This document shows positions 1-10,190 of a DNA stretch of 28,783 nt, in pieces (position 1 is the stretch's first letter; each line of letters starts with the position of its first letter). A program made the translations under genes and the position numbers. Below the pieces are notes generated by a model. It made no database searches and was not told the DNA's origin. It worked only from the letters and a program-made list of their open reading frames with translations. The DNA is from Chiloscyllium plagiosum. Lineage: Eukaryota. The DNA is taken from positions 3,733,497-3,762,279 of the forward strand of contig NC_057720.1 in the NCBI RefSeq assembly GCF_004010195.1, read 5' to 3'.

Positions 1-29
1 AGAATAGTTAAGAGTTAACTACATTGCTA

Positions 30-95
30 CGTGTCTGGAGTCACATGTAGGCCAGACCAGGTAAGGATGGCAGTTTCCTTCCCTAAAGAACATTT
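30..95. mobile_element. Fragment of a dispersed SINE-like repeat
   Basis: TCTGGAGTCACATGTAGGCCAGACCAGGTAAGGATGGCAGTTTCCTTCCC recurs at ~24660-24710 and in reverse near 11512-11552. Confidence 0.5.
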
Positions 96-194
96 GTGGG
101 AAGCCTTTACAAACCAGCTGAGGACACCTAAAAAAAGCATAAGGGGGCGAAAATGAAATATAAGGCTAAGCTAGCTTGTAATATAAATGAAAGT

Positions 195-357
195 TGCAGG
201 GTCACTGTGGCGATGGACGATGCAGGGTCAGTGTGGTGATGGACGATGCAGGGTCAGTGTGCGGATGGATGATGCAGGGTCAGTGTGGCGATGGATGATG
301 CAGGGTCAGTGTGGCGATGGACGATGCAGGGTCAGTGTGGCGATGGATGATGTAGGG
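195..357 (+). repeat. 26-bp minisatellite, 6 units plus a partial
   Basis: Unit TGCAGGGTCAGTGTGGCGATGGAYGA starts at 195, 221, 247, 273, 299, 325, with a partial at 351. It explains spurious ORF 187..453. Confidence 0.95.
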
Positions 358-549
358 CCAGTAACGTTCACATCCCATAACCAAACTCCAACAAATCAAA
401 AATTGCTGACATGTGATTGTTGTAATAAAGGTATTCCACAGAAAACAATATGACAAGAGATAAACTCAATGGATGATGCAGCCCATCTCGTTCCCCTTTT
501 AAATGTCTCAGGGCTAGCAGGACAGTGGGAATGTCACTGAGCTCCTACG

Positions 550-709
550 ACAGAGGTCCTCTGGGACCCTCCCTGACTCCGGTCACTCCTCAAAGATCAT
601 CACCAATACCTCCCCAATCCTCTCAGCTATCTCTTTCAGAACTCCTGGGTATAGTCAGACCATTCAGTTTCTCCAGTACCTTCACCTTAGTGACGGTCAT
701 TACACTCAC
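550..709 (-). mobile_element. Degenerate CR1-type LINE ORF2 fragment
   Basis: Minus strand reads a ...SGRVPED motif matching the GxVPEDW block upstream of CR1 RT (compare TGDVPEDW in ORF 28131..28502). Truncated by the gap. Confidence 0.5.
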
Positions 710-1209
710 NNNNNNNNNNNNNNNNNNNNNNNNNNNNNNNNNNNNNNNNNNNNNNNNNNNNNNNNNNNNNNNNNNNNNNNNNNNNNNNNNNNNNNNNNNN
801 NNNNNNNNNNNNNNNNNNNNNNNNNNNNNNNNNNNNNNNNNNNNNNNNNNNNNNNNNNNNNNNNNNNNNNNNNNNNNNNNNNNNNNNNNNNNNNNNNNNN
901 NNNNNNNNNNNNNNNNNNNNNNNNNNNNNNNNNNNNNNNNNNNNNNNNNNNNNNNNNNNNNNNNNNNNNNNNNNNNNNNNNNNNNNNNNNNNNNNNNNNN
1001 NNNNNNNNNNNNNNNNNNNNNNNNNNNNNNNNNNNNNNNNNNNNNNNNNNNNNNNNNNNNNNNNNNNNNNNNNNNNNNNNNNNNNNNNNNNNNNNNNNNN
1101 NNNNNNNNNNNNNNNNNNNNNNNNNNNNNNNNNNNNNNNNNNNNNNNNNNNNNNNNNNNNNNNNNNNNNNNNNNNNNNNNNNNNNNNNNNNNNNNNNNNN
1201 NNNNNNNNN
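710..1209. other. Assembly gap (500 N)
   Basis: Run of N. Confidence 1.
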
Positions 1210-1526
1210 TGGCTAGAGTAAATAGACAAGGTCTTTTTTCCAGTGAAAGGGAGTCCAAAATTAGAGGGCATAGGTGAGAGGGGAAAGGTTTAAAAGGGCA
1301 ACGTTTTCACGCAGAGGGTGGTACGTATATGGAATGAGCTGCCAGAGGAAGTGGTGGAGGGTGCTACAATTACATTTGAAAGACATCTGGATGGATACAT
1401 AAATTAGACAGACAAATGTCTGCTGGCAAATGGCAATAGATTTATTTAGGATATCTGGTTGACATGGACGAATTGGACTGAAGGGTCTGTTTCCGTGCTG
1501 TACAGCTCTATAACTGTATGACTATA
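1210..1526 (+). mobile_element. CR1/HER1-like LINE 3' end
   Basis: ORF2 C-terminal remnant (FTQRVVRIWNELPEEVVE), the family 3' UTR and a decayed CTATGACT-type tail. Similar to 4140-4720 and 26977-27440. Confidence 0.9.
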
Positions 1527-2604
1527 ATCTCCAATTGATCCTTAGTCATCTGTAATTGATGCCCAGCTATTTCTAATTAATCCCAAATTCAGCAGGAAGA
1601 GCTCCAGATTTCCACTACTTTCCTTGTGAGGAAGTGCTTCCTGACATTCATTCTATGAACAGTCCAGCTCGGATTTTAACTTTCTGTTCTCTGTTTTGTA
1701 CTCAGAGTCAGTACGGCAGTCAATGGGTCATTCATCCCATTGACAGTTCATGACCCATCACTAGAGGAAGGACTTGCTCTATCTGTTTAATCATGTGCAT
1801 CCCAAAGCTGTGGACTTCCCAACATAGCAGAGGGTTAATCCTGGAGGGAGAGGCACCCTGACGGAAATAGAGGGGAAAGGGAAACAAAATGAGATCACTT
1901 CAACACATCAATATCAAACTTCAAATTCTGTTTAGACATGCTGTTCATATTTGACCAGCATCGTACAAAACACACCACAGTTTTGTGAAACTGGAGGTCT
2001 GTTAAAGACCGAGTTTCGACTCTGTACTGACAGGAAACCCCAGCTGTTTTTTTGCTGCAATCTGGTTTTCATTATTTGGAGTCTGAGGTTCAGCTCATGT
2101 CCCCCGATATTAGCAGTTCAGCAAAATTCCCGAGGGGTTTACACAGCTCCCAGCTCTCAAGCTATGTGGTTGAGATCTGCAGAGTTCAATTTTTTTTATT
2201 ATTATGAAATATTAATACACATAATTTGCTACTATTGATAATGATGATGGAATGTAATGCAGCAATCTACAAGACATTATAAAACTCAGAATGCTGGTAA
2301 ACTCTTCGACGTTAATGTAAAACAGACCTTTCCATTTGCTGACTCAATGCCAAAGAGTCCTTCTTGAACTCGTAATACAGTATCAGAGAGGAGTGGAAAC
2401 TCGGCACACGGACATACTGGAATCATTAACGTGTTTATCCTCACTGTTAGAACCTCACATACCTTCCATTTTTTCCCTTTAACTCCTTTAATGCTGTTGG
2501 AAATGTCAATTGGCAAGGGCTGACGTTAACGAGGGATATGGGAACTACTGCTTAAGTGGAATACAAACTCAACTCTGGCCAAAACCCTAGATTTCTTGGA
2601 ATTT

Positions 2605-3022
2605 GAGATCCACAGAACAATACAGCACAGGAACAGGCCCTTTGGCCCTCCGAGACTATGCCGACACATTTTGCCCTTGCATTCTAAAACTGTCTTCACT
2701 TACAGGATCCGTCTATTCCCTCTATTCCCTTCCTATTCATGTATTTATCCAGGTGCTTCTTGAATGCGTCTGCTTCCACCATCTCCTATGGCAGTGCGTT
2801 CCAGTCCCTCACCACCCTTTGAGTGAAAAGCTTGACTTGCACATCTCTTTTAAACCCCACCCATCGCAGCTTGAACCTGTGTCCACTAGTAATTGACCCC
2901 TCCACTCTGGGAAAAAGTCTCATAATTTCCACGCTATCCACAATCTTATAAACTGCTATCGGGTCAGCCCTCCACCTCCTGCATTCCAGTGAAAACAAAC
3001 CCAGTCTATCCAACCTTCCATT
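2605..3022 (-). mobile_element. CR1-type LINE 3' end, degenerate
   Basis: ORF 2786..3013 RLGLFSLECRRWRAD...FTQRVVRDWNALP is the CR1 ORF2 C-terminus. Confidence 0.85.
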
Positions 3023-3737
3023 CAGTAATTAAGAATCCTTTCGGCATGGCTGCAAGTAGAAATCCTAGAGAAAACATAGCTGGATGTTTACAGAAAATCC
3101 TTAAAATGTCCACTAACTGCTTTTCTTCCATTTGGTCACTCACTTTGAAAATATTGCAAGAAAATTCTCTCCTTCCTTCTCCACGGCAATGGATGTATCT
3201 GTAATACCTGGATTGGGTGGCCCTGACCTGCAGGACTGATTGTGGCTAGGTCCTTGGTCTGGAATCAGCTGAACCTGTTGAATGATTATTGCGGTACCTC
3301 CTCACTGACTCTAGTTCCCCTTCACCCCACTAAGGATTCTTCCCCATTGAATCTCAGACCCAGCCGTTTGCCAGCTACATGTGCAGGCTGTTTGCGTGGC
3401 ACACTGCTGCGAAATGGAGAAGGGGTGACATTCACATAGTGCAATACTCTCAGCAATGGGTCCATCCCTTTGATTGTTCAGTCCTCAGATCTGTGATTGT
3501 CAGCACCTCCTGTCTGTGTCTTGTGTTGCTCTTGAATATTCCCACTGAAATAAATAAAAAACCTTTCCCGCCTGCTCCGCCATTCAATATGATCACGGCT
3601 GATTATCCAACTCAGGCCCCTTTTCCTGCTTTCTCCCCATACCCTTTGACTACGTTAGCCCGAAGAAATAGCTCATTGAGAGTGGAGTCGCAGGGAGACA
3701 GGATAGTGAAGAAGGCGTTTGGTATGCTTGCCTTTAT

Positions 3738-4059
3738 GATTAGATTCCCTACAGTGTGGAAACAGGCCCTTCGGCCCAACAAGTCCACACCAACCCTCCG
3801 AAGAGCAACCCACCCAGACCCATTCCCCCACATTTACCTGACTAATGCACCTAACCTTACGGGCAATTTAACATGGCCAATTCACCTAACCTGCACATCT
3901 TTGGACTGTGGGAGGAAACCGGAGCACCCGGAGGAAACCCACACAGACACGGGGAGAATGTGCAAACTCCACACAGTCAGTTGTCCGAGGTGGGAATTGA
4001 ACCCAGGTCTCTGGTGCTGTGAGGCAGCAGTGCCAACCACTGAGCCACTGTGCAGCCCC
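3738..4059 (-). mobile_element. HE1-like V-SINE
   Basis: tRNA-like head (A box TGGCTCAGTGG, B box GGTTCAATTCC), V-domain-like TGTGTGGAGTTTGCACATTCTCCCCGTGTCTG..GGGTTTCCTCCGGGTGCTCCGGTTTCCTCCCACAGTCCAAAGATGTGC, and a CR1-like tail ending AATCTAATC. Confidence 0.9.
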
Positions 4060-4066
4060 AAAGTTT

Positions 4067-4139
4067 CAAGCCAGCCAGGAGCTGAACTTGGAATCTTCTG
4101 ATCCGTAGTCAGACATGTTATCCATTGCGCCACTGGTCA
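4067..4139 (-). pseudogene. tRNA-Arg(ACG) copy, probably a retroposed pseudogene
   Basis: Minus strand TGACCAGTGGCGCAATGGATAACATGTCTGACTACGGATCAGAAGATTCCAAGTTCAGCTCCTGGCTGGCTTG, 73 nt, anticodon ACG at 4104-4106. About 8 differences from the vertebrate tRNA-Arg-ACG as I recall it; the B box is damaged (GTTCAG instead of GTTCGA). Confidence 0.88.
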
Positions 4140-4806
4140 AAATATTGAGTATAGGCATTTGGGAGGTCATGTTGTGGCTGTACAAGACATTGGTTTGGCC
4201 ACTTTTGGAATATTGTGTGCAATTCTGGTCTCCCTCCTATAGGAAGGATATTATGAAATTTGAAAGGGTTCAAAATAGATTTACAAGCATGGTGCCAGTG
4301 TTTGAGCTATAGAGTGAGGCTAAATAGGCTGGGGCTGTTTACCCTGGAGTGTTGGAGGCTGAGGGGTGACCTTATAGAGGTTTATAAAATCATGAGGGGC
4401 ATGGATAGGGTAAATAGAGAAGGTCTTTTCCCTAGGGTGAGGGAGTCCAGAACTAGAGGGCACAGTATTAAGGTGAGAGGGGAAAGGTTTAAAAGGGGTA
4501 ACTTTTTGACAGAGGGTGGTGCATGTATGGAATGAGTTGCCGGAGGAAGTGATAGAGGCTGGTACAATTACAACATTTAAAAGGCATCTAGATGGGTATA
4601 TGAATAAGAAGGGTTAGAGGGATATGGGCCAAGTGCTGGCAAATGGAACTAGATTAATTTCAGATATCTGGTCAGCATGGACGAAGGGTCTGTTTCTGTG
4701 CTGTACATCTCTATGACTCTAAATATATCTAACTCCTTTCCTTTATGGATAACATCGTTAGTTCACCTTTTAATAGTCTGTTCATTTGTTAATTTAGTTT
4801 ATTGAA

Positions 4807-4933
4807 CATGATTTGGAGATGCTGGTGTTGGACTGGCGTGGACAATGTTAAAAATCACATAACACTAGGTTATAGTCCAACAAATTTATTTGGAAGCACT
4901 AACTTTCAGAGCACCGCTCCTTCATCAGGTGAT
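4807..4933 (-). mobile_element. Short PLE terminal fragment with HHR-like core
   Basis: Minus strand CTGATGA-AGGAGCGGTGCTCT-GAAAGTTA. Flanked by TTTATTGAA (4798-4806, 4934-4942). Short inverted end GTGATTTT (4929-4936) versus AAAATCAC (4851-4858). Confidence 0.7.
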
Positions 4934-5317
4934 TTTATTGAAGATTTTCATCTTGAACTTATTGGGATGTTTAAAAGTAATTCCAATGTAAAGGATAACA
5001 AAACATTGCACTGTACAGGAAGAGAGTGCTGAGTTTGTTGAGAATTTTCCTGATAACCAATTTTAGATTGTCGGTTGGGCACGCTTAATCTGTGGGGCCC
5101 TGGTGATTGTTCTCACTCACCATTTCTTTTAAACAGCTCTTTCTGCAAACTCCCTTGTTGAAAAGAAAATGGGAGAAACTACCTTTCGAGAAACTGCCAT
5201 GGCAAATCCTCAACCAGTCAATGAAAGTCTAAGAATTGGCGTCTCCACAACCTTAAAGAGATGAAAGGAATCAAAAGGAACTGAAAGAAAGGAACTTGTT
5301 GATATCTGTGATCCGGA

Positions 5318-5620
5318 ATAGACTCATTGTCATACAGCGCAGAAAAGGCCCTTCAGCCCATCGGGGCTGCATTAGACATAACTACCACTAAAGGCACCTT
5401 AATCCCAATTTCCTGCACTTGTCCCACATTCTTGAATGTTATGATGTTTGATGTGCTCATCCAAATATTGTTTAAAGACTGTAACATTTCCAGCATCCAC
5501 TACCTTCCCAGGCAATGCATTCCAGATTCCCAACACCTACTGAGTGAAAAGATTTTGTCTCAAATCCCTTTGAATATTCTTACTCTTGCACTATGCCCTT
5601 TTGTGATTGATTCTGAAATG
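5318..5620 (-). mobile_element. Degenerate CR1-type LINE 3' end
   Basis: Reverse CR1 tail (ATAGACTCATTGTCATACAGCGCAGAAAAGGCCCTTCAGCCCATC) followed by the reverse WNALP region (GGCAATGCATTCCAGA). Confidence 0.7.
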
Positions 5621-6564
5621 GTGCCAGAACTGTGCACATCTGACTATTATTTTCCTTTTCCATCTACAGTACTACACATGGTCATGTCTTGTATCTTTGT
5701 ATCTATGTTTGCATGTGAATGTGAATTCAATAAAGGGAAGAGATTAAGTTTAGGTTTATAAGTTAGCAATTCATGTTTATATCATCTAATTTCTTAAAAG
5801 CAATGATTTTCTTGTTAATGATGGAATTAATTAGAAATTTAGGGCAATTTAACAGTTTAATCAAATTTCATATTGTGATGACTCTGGAATATCAAGTTTG
5901 ATTTCCACTACACTGTCCCAGTGGGTCACGACAACAGAAACCGGTTCATTCAGAGAACAAGGTTTTTGAGAATAGATGTTGGTTATTAACAGTCTAAACA
6001 GTCAGCGCTGGGGGAGAAATCCAGTGTTCCCTAGAAGAAAGTGAGCAACAGAAGTCTATGGTGATATCAGAGGGAAAGACAGCCTATAAAGCTGTTAAAA
6101 ATATGGTTAAGAAAACCCACGTTAAGCAATAAGTGAGCTCAGTTAGCAGCTAATTTAAGCATCTCAGGAAAAGATACTAACTCAAGAAAATCACATCAAG
6201 TCACTATAGCGATCCTTTGAAAAGGAACTGACTACAGTCTTGCCAGATGAACAAAAATCTTTGGAGTGGAGATAGGAATGACTCTTCATGGAGGCTGAGT
6301 CTCCGTAAGGTTGTCAGGGTAGAAAGAGTCAAAACTTTTTTTTGATAATTGTAATGCGAATGTTTCAAATAGTTCTTGGATAGTGTAAGATAGTTCGCAT
6401 TTTTGTTTGAGCAATAAATGTTTATGTTCTTTTGGCAGCCTCTTGTGAATACGTTCAGTGATGAACCCTCATGGGAAAACAAAAGAAATTAAACATGAGT
6501 CAACGCAAGATTATTTTGCACTGATGACACCGTTGTGATACTGCTGTCGTTAATCAGATTATTT

Positions 6565-6570
6565 TTTAAT
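6565..6570 (-). promoter_or_regulatory. Candidate polyadenylation signal (ATTAAA) of DNAI3
   Basis: TTTAAT on + is ATTAAA on -, about 32 nt after the stop codon. Motif match only. Confidence 0.4.
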
Positions 6571-6602
6571 AAAAAAATATACCAAAGATTCTTCAGCTTC
6601 CC

Positions 6603-6719
6603 TCATACTTTCCCAAGTTGAGCAAAGATGATTTTCTTCTCTTCCTGTAAGTAAACTCCATATTCCTTTTTTAACTCCTCCTCCACTTCTTCCACTGTCT
6701 TTACCACAGCGATGGATGG
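6603..6719 (-). CDS. DNAI3: DNAI3/WDR63 terminal coding exon
   Basis: Acceptor tcctgttgcAG, phase 0, PSIAVVKTVEEVEEELKKEYGVYLQEEKKIIFAQLGKV*. Resembles the WDR63 C-terminus (ELKxDYESYLELEKTVL..LG, from recall). Confidence 0.85.
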   Translation of the reverse strand, partial: PSIAVVKTVEEVEEELKKEYGVYLQEEKKIIFAQLGKV

Positions 6720-7052
6720 CTGCAACAGGAGAACATAAACGTTGTGAAATAAAAACATATTTCTTTTATCATGCTTCAGATCCACCAACTGTTCTGAAAT
6801 TCATTCTCTAATCTACATTCCTTTTTGTATTCTCTTCCTGAACAAGATTGATACCCGGTCACTTTACAGGCCAAAAACCTTGCGATGAAAATGCTGACTA
6901 ATTTCCTGAAGGGTCCTTTTCATAGGTGAACGCGTTTTAAATGAGTTCAAACCTTGACCTGGTCTCTTTTGCCTCTGATTTTTAATTTGGGTCCTCTGTT
7001 GTTAACAAATTTTATTCAATGCTCATTTCAGGCATGAATGGCCTGTTGGAAA

Positions 7053-7231
7053 GTGTGGTGCTGTTAAAGCACAGCCAGTGAGGCAGCAGCTGAGGAGATG
7101 CCCATTCCTGACGAGCTTATGCTCAAAACGTCGACCCACCTGCTCCTCAAATGCTGCCTCACTTGCTGTGCTTTTCCAGCACCACAGTCTTTGACTCTGA
7201 TCTCCAGCACCTTCAGTCCTCACTTTCTCCC
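7053..7231 (+). mobile_element. Older fold-back PLE derivative with decayed HHR and tail
   Basis: TSD TGGCCTGTTGGAAA at 7039-7052 and 7232-7245. Imperfect inverted arms ~7050-7097 and ~7143-7192, core CTGACGA..AAAACGTC, tail ending CACTTTCTCC. Confidence 0.8.
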
Positions 7232-7610
7232 TGGCCTGTTGGAAATTCCATCGACAACAGTATGAAATATAGAAACATTGAAAACTGGAAGAGTAGGCCA
7301 TTTGGCCCCTCAAGTTGGCCCTCCCATTAATACAATCATGGCTGATCATCCAACTCAGTCCCCTGTTCCCACTTTCTCCCCACACCCTTTTATCTAAGAA
7401 CTAGATCTAACTCCTTCTTGAAGACATTCAATGTTTTGGCCTCAACCACTTTCTCAGGCAGAGAATCCCACAGGCTCCCCACTCTCTGGGTGAGGAAATT
7501 TCTCCTCATCTCAGTCCTCAATGGCCGACCTTAGACTGTGACCCCTGTCCTAGACTCTCACCATCAGTAATGGTGTTCAGGGGAAATACAATGGCTCAGT
7601 AGTTAGCACT

Positions 7611-8160
7611 TAAAGATTTAAAAGGGACCTAAGGGATAACTTTTTCACGCAGAGAGTGGTGCATGTATGGAATGAGCTGCCAGAGGAAGTGGTGGAGGCT
7701 GGTACAATTACAGCATTTAAAAGGCATCTGGATGGGTATATGAATAGGATGGGTTTAGAGAGATATGTGCCAAGTGCTGGCAAATGGGACTAGATTGATT
7801 TAGGATATCTGGTCAGCACAGATGAGTTGCACGGTGGCTCAGTGGTGAGCACTGCTGCCTCACAGCACCAGGGTACTGGTTTCGATTCCCGCCTGTCTGT
7901 GTGGAGTTTGCACATTCTCCCCGTGTCTGTGTGGGTTTCCTCCGGGTGCTCCCACAGTCCAAAGATGTGCAGGTCAGGTGAATTGGCCATGCTAAAATTG
8001 CCCACAGTGTTAGGTGCGTTAGTCAGAGGTAAATATAGGGTAAGGGAGTGGGTTTCTCTTCGGAGGGGTGGTGTGGACTTGTTAGGCCGAAGGGCCTGTT
8101 TCCACACTGTAGAAAATCTAATCTAATCTGTTTCTATGCTGTACATCTCTCTGACTCTAT
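7611..8160 (+). mobile_element. CR1/HER1-like 3' end split by a SINE (pieces 7611-7828 and 8127-8160)
   Basis: RFKRDLRDNFFTQRVVHVWNELPEEVVEAGT. The tail TCTGTTTCTATGCTGTACATCTCTCTGACTCTAT resumes after the SINE. Confidence 0.88.
7829..8126 (+). mobile_element. HE1-like V-SINE (innermost)
   Basis: GCACGGTGGCTCAGTGG head, B box GGTTTCGATTCC, V-domain and AATCTAATCTAATCT tail. Confidence 0.9.
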
Positions 8161-8651
8161 GCTGCCTCACAGTGCCCAGAGACCCAGGTTCAATTCCAGC
8201 CTCGAGTGACTGTCTGTGTGGAGTTTGCACATTCTCCCCGTGTCTGCATGGGTTTTCTCTGGGTGCTCCGGTTTCCTCCCACAGTCCAAAGATGTGCAGG
8301 TTAGGTGGGTTAACCATGGGAAAATGCAGTATTACAGGGATAGGGTATGGGGTTGGTCTGAGTGGAATGCTTGTTGAAGGGTCAGTGTGGACTGAATGGC
8401 CTGCTTCCATACTCTATGGATTCGATGATTCCTGCATTTATCCTGTTTAATCATGTTAGAATTTTATAGATGTCTATGAGATTTACCCCCTGTCCCCATT
8501 CTTACTAACCCCAGTGAACATAGTCCTAACAGATCCAATCCCATGTCGTACATCAGTCCTCCCATCCCAGGAATCGGTCACACTCCCCCCACGGCCAGAA
8601 ATGTCCTTTCTTGGAGGAGGAGGACACCAGAACCAGGCACAGTATTCCAGA

Positions 8652-8899
8652 AGAGGCCATTTGGCCCATCAAGTCTGCACCAACTCTCTGAAGAGCACGC
8701 CACCAGATTCACTCCCTACCCTATATTCCCCATGATTAATCCACCTCGCCTACACATTTTTTGGATTGTAGGTGGAAACTCATGCACACAAGGGGAAAAT
8801 ATGGAAACTCCACACAGAGCAGTCTGCCCAAGGCTGGAATCGAACCCAGGTCCCTGGCGCTGTGAGGCAGCAGTGCTAACCACCGAGCCACTGTGCCAC
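8652..8899 (-). mobile_element. HE1-like V-SINE
   Basis: Reverse head GTGGCACAGTGGCTCGGTGGTTAGCACTGCTGCCTCACAGCGCCAGGGACCTGGGTTCGATTCC with a partly deleted V-domain. Confidence 0.85.
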
Positions 8900-9243
8900 C
8901 CTCTAAGCTCCCTCTGCAATAACTTGCTGTACCGCTACAACCAGCAAAGTGCAGCATCCCTATGGGGTTTAAAGAGTTCCACATACCTCATAAAGTTTTA
9001 CACTGAGAAAATACTGTATTTGTAGAGTAAATTAAAGCCATAGTTACCCCATTGATTTGGCTGCAGTTGTGTTTGCACTCACTGAGATCCTGAGTTCCAG
9101 CAATATAAATAAATAATGGCAGGCAGTAAACGTTAAAGGAAAACAGATGTGTATTTGTGTGCGGTGGTAAGTAATAAGCCTTGGACATTTTTTTTCAAAG
9201 GTGCGCTGTAAATGCTTTCAAAGGACCAACGTATTTTGCTCAC

Positions 9244-9354
9244 CGCTTTCTCTTCCTCTGGCTGCTCCTTCTTTTCACTTCTCAATATTTTTCTGGCTTC
9301 AAAATATTCCAGCCGTTTAACTTCTCTTTCAAAGTAAGCTTCAATGTTAGATTT
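9244..9354 (-). CDS. DNAI3: DNAI3/WDR63 penultimate coding exon
   Basis: Acceptor ctttcttcttctccAG, donor GTGAGC, 111 nt, phase 0-0: KSNIEAYFEREVKRLEYFEARKILRSEKKEQPEEEKA. Matches the WDR63 YFEREVKxLEY motif. Not in the ORF track. Confidence 0.92.
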
Positions 9355-9446
9355 CTGGAGAAGAAGAAAGATGTTTCTTTTAAGTGATGATTTGTTTGAG
9401 TCATTACGAGCTTTCCAAACGAGTCGATTTCTTACTATTTTTGTCT

Positions 9447-9578
9447 AGGAGACAGTGAGGAATGCAGATGTTGGAGAGCCAGAGTTGATAAAGTGTGGAG
9501 CTAGAAAAGCACAGCAGGTCAGGCAGCATCTGAGGAGCAAGAGAGTCAACATTTTTGGATATAACCCTTCATCAGGAC
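9447..9578 (-). mobile_element. Decayed PLE 3' terminal fragment with tail
   Basis: Homologous to 14036-14165. HHR remnant CTGATGAAGGGTTATATCCAAAAATGTTG on the minus strand. Confidence 0.75.
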
Positions 9579-9832
9579 TCTTATGATCTCCCAATGTTTT
9601 GTAAGCTGTTCTCATGTAAGATGTCCCGTAGCACCCCCAGGTTCCTCCTTATCTGAACTGAGAGGCTGTCCTCTCCACATAATGGTCAATACAGAAAGAG
9701 AACACAACCCTGAGCTCAGTGCTTCACCCAACGTCAGATTGTCAGACCAGGCAAACCGTCTCAAAATTATTCTTTCATCTTTTTCTTTCACAGAAGGACT
9801 TCTGATCCTTAACAATTTTAAGATAAATTCGT

Positions 9833-10007
9833 CAGACCATAGAGCTGTGTTCTCATTAGAGAGAGAGAGATGCTTGGTGGTGGTTTAACCTGCCTCAGGT
9901 GAGGGGAGAGTGAGAAGGAGAGTCCTTTGTGGTAACCTCAGTCTGTGTAGGAACTGAACCCATGCTGTTAAAATTCACAAACCAGCCATCTAGTCAACTG
10001 AGCTAAA
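9833..10007 (-). mobile_element. tRNA-headed SINE (a second partial copy lies at ~11750-11865)
   Basis: Minus strand TTAGCTCAGTTGACTAGATGGCTGG..GGGTTCAGTTCC head. Body CTCATTAGAGAGA..GGTTTAACCTG..CCTCAGGTGAGGG is shared with ~11770-11840. Confidence 0.6.
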
Positions 10008-10039
10008 CGATCCCACCAGCTTTAACAACTTTGATAAGA

Positions 10040-10190
10040 ACATTAAAACCAGGGGCAGAGGTAGGCCATTCAGCCCCTCAATTTACTTTATCGTGGCTGA
10101 TCATATCTCAAACTCAACTTCACTTTTCTGCCCACTCCACATAACCCTTTAACCTATTACTAATTAAAAATCTGTCTATATCCTTTTTTA
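10040..10190 (-). mobile_element. Short CR1-type tail remnant
   Basis: GTAGGCCATTCAGCCCCTC..ATCGTGGCTGATC resembles the reverse CR1 tails at ~7290 and ~24925. Confidence 0.55.

Larger units (their letters stand above)
3672..4720 (+). mobile_element. 5'-truncated CR1/HER1-like LINE interrupted at 3738-4133 by a tRNA-SINE insert
   Basis: ESQGDRIVKKAFGMLAF on the left joins ...EVMLWLYKTLVWPLLEYCVQFWSP...RLGLFTLE..RLRGDLIEVYKIMRG on the right. Ends in a CTCTATGACTCT tail. Confidence 0.9.
7580..8430 (+). mobile_element. HE1-like SINE split by a CR1 insertion (pieces 7580-7610 and 8161-8430)
   Basis: Head ...TGGCTCAGTAGTTAGCACT (to 7610) continues as GCTGCCTCACAG at 8161, then B box and V-domain. 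Confidence 0.85.
7262..8650 (-). mobile_element. Old CR1 LINE 3' region split by nested insertions (pieces ~7262-7572 and ~8430-8650)
   Basis: Reverse CR1 tail and WxSLP region on the left. The reverse YKIL and LEYCxWFW regions resume after ~8430. Confidence 0.7.

Noticed and set aside
525..1277. Long ORFs of 194-250 aa
   Set aside because: They are open only because they span the 500-N gap.
2286..2520. Possible small minus-strand exons (PLPIDISNSIKGVKGKKWK followed by GTATGT, and downstream ORF 2286..2516)
   Set aside because: No recognisable protein family and no consistent acceptor or phase for a following exon. tBLASTn or RNA-seq would be needed.
3379..4101. 240-aa ORF
   Set aside because: A chance read-through across CR1, antisense SINE and tRNA-derived sequence.
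4067..4139. Functional tRNA-Arg gene
   Set aside because: The B box/T-loop and D-stem are mutated, the 5' end is replaced by CR1 bases, and it sits inside a retroposed insert.
6421..6492. Possible plus-strand terminal exon (acceptor at 6438, PLVNTFSDEPSWENKRN*)
   Set aside because: The nearest upstream donor (6305) gives no open in-phase exon and I recognise no homology, so it is unsupported without transcripts.
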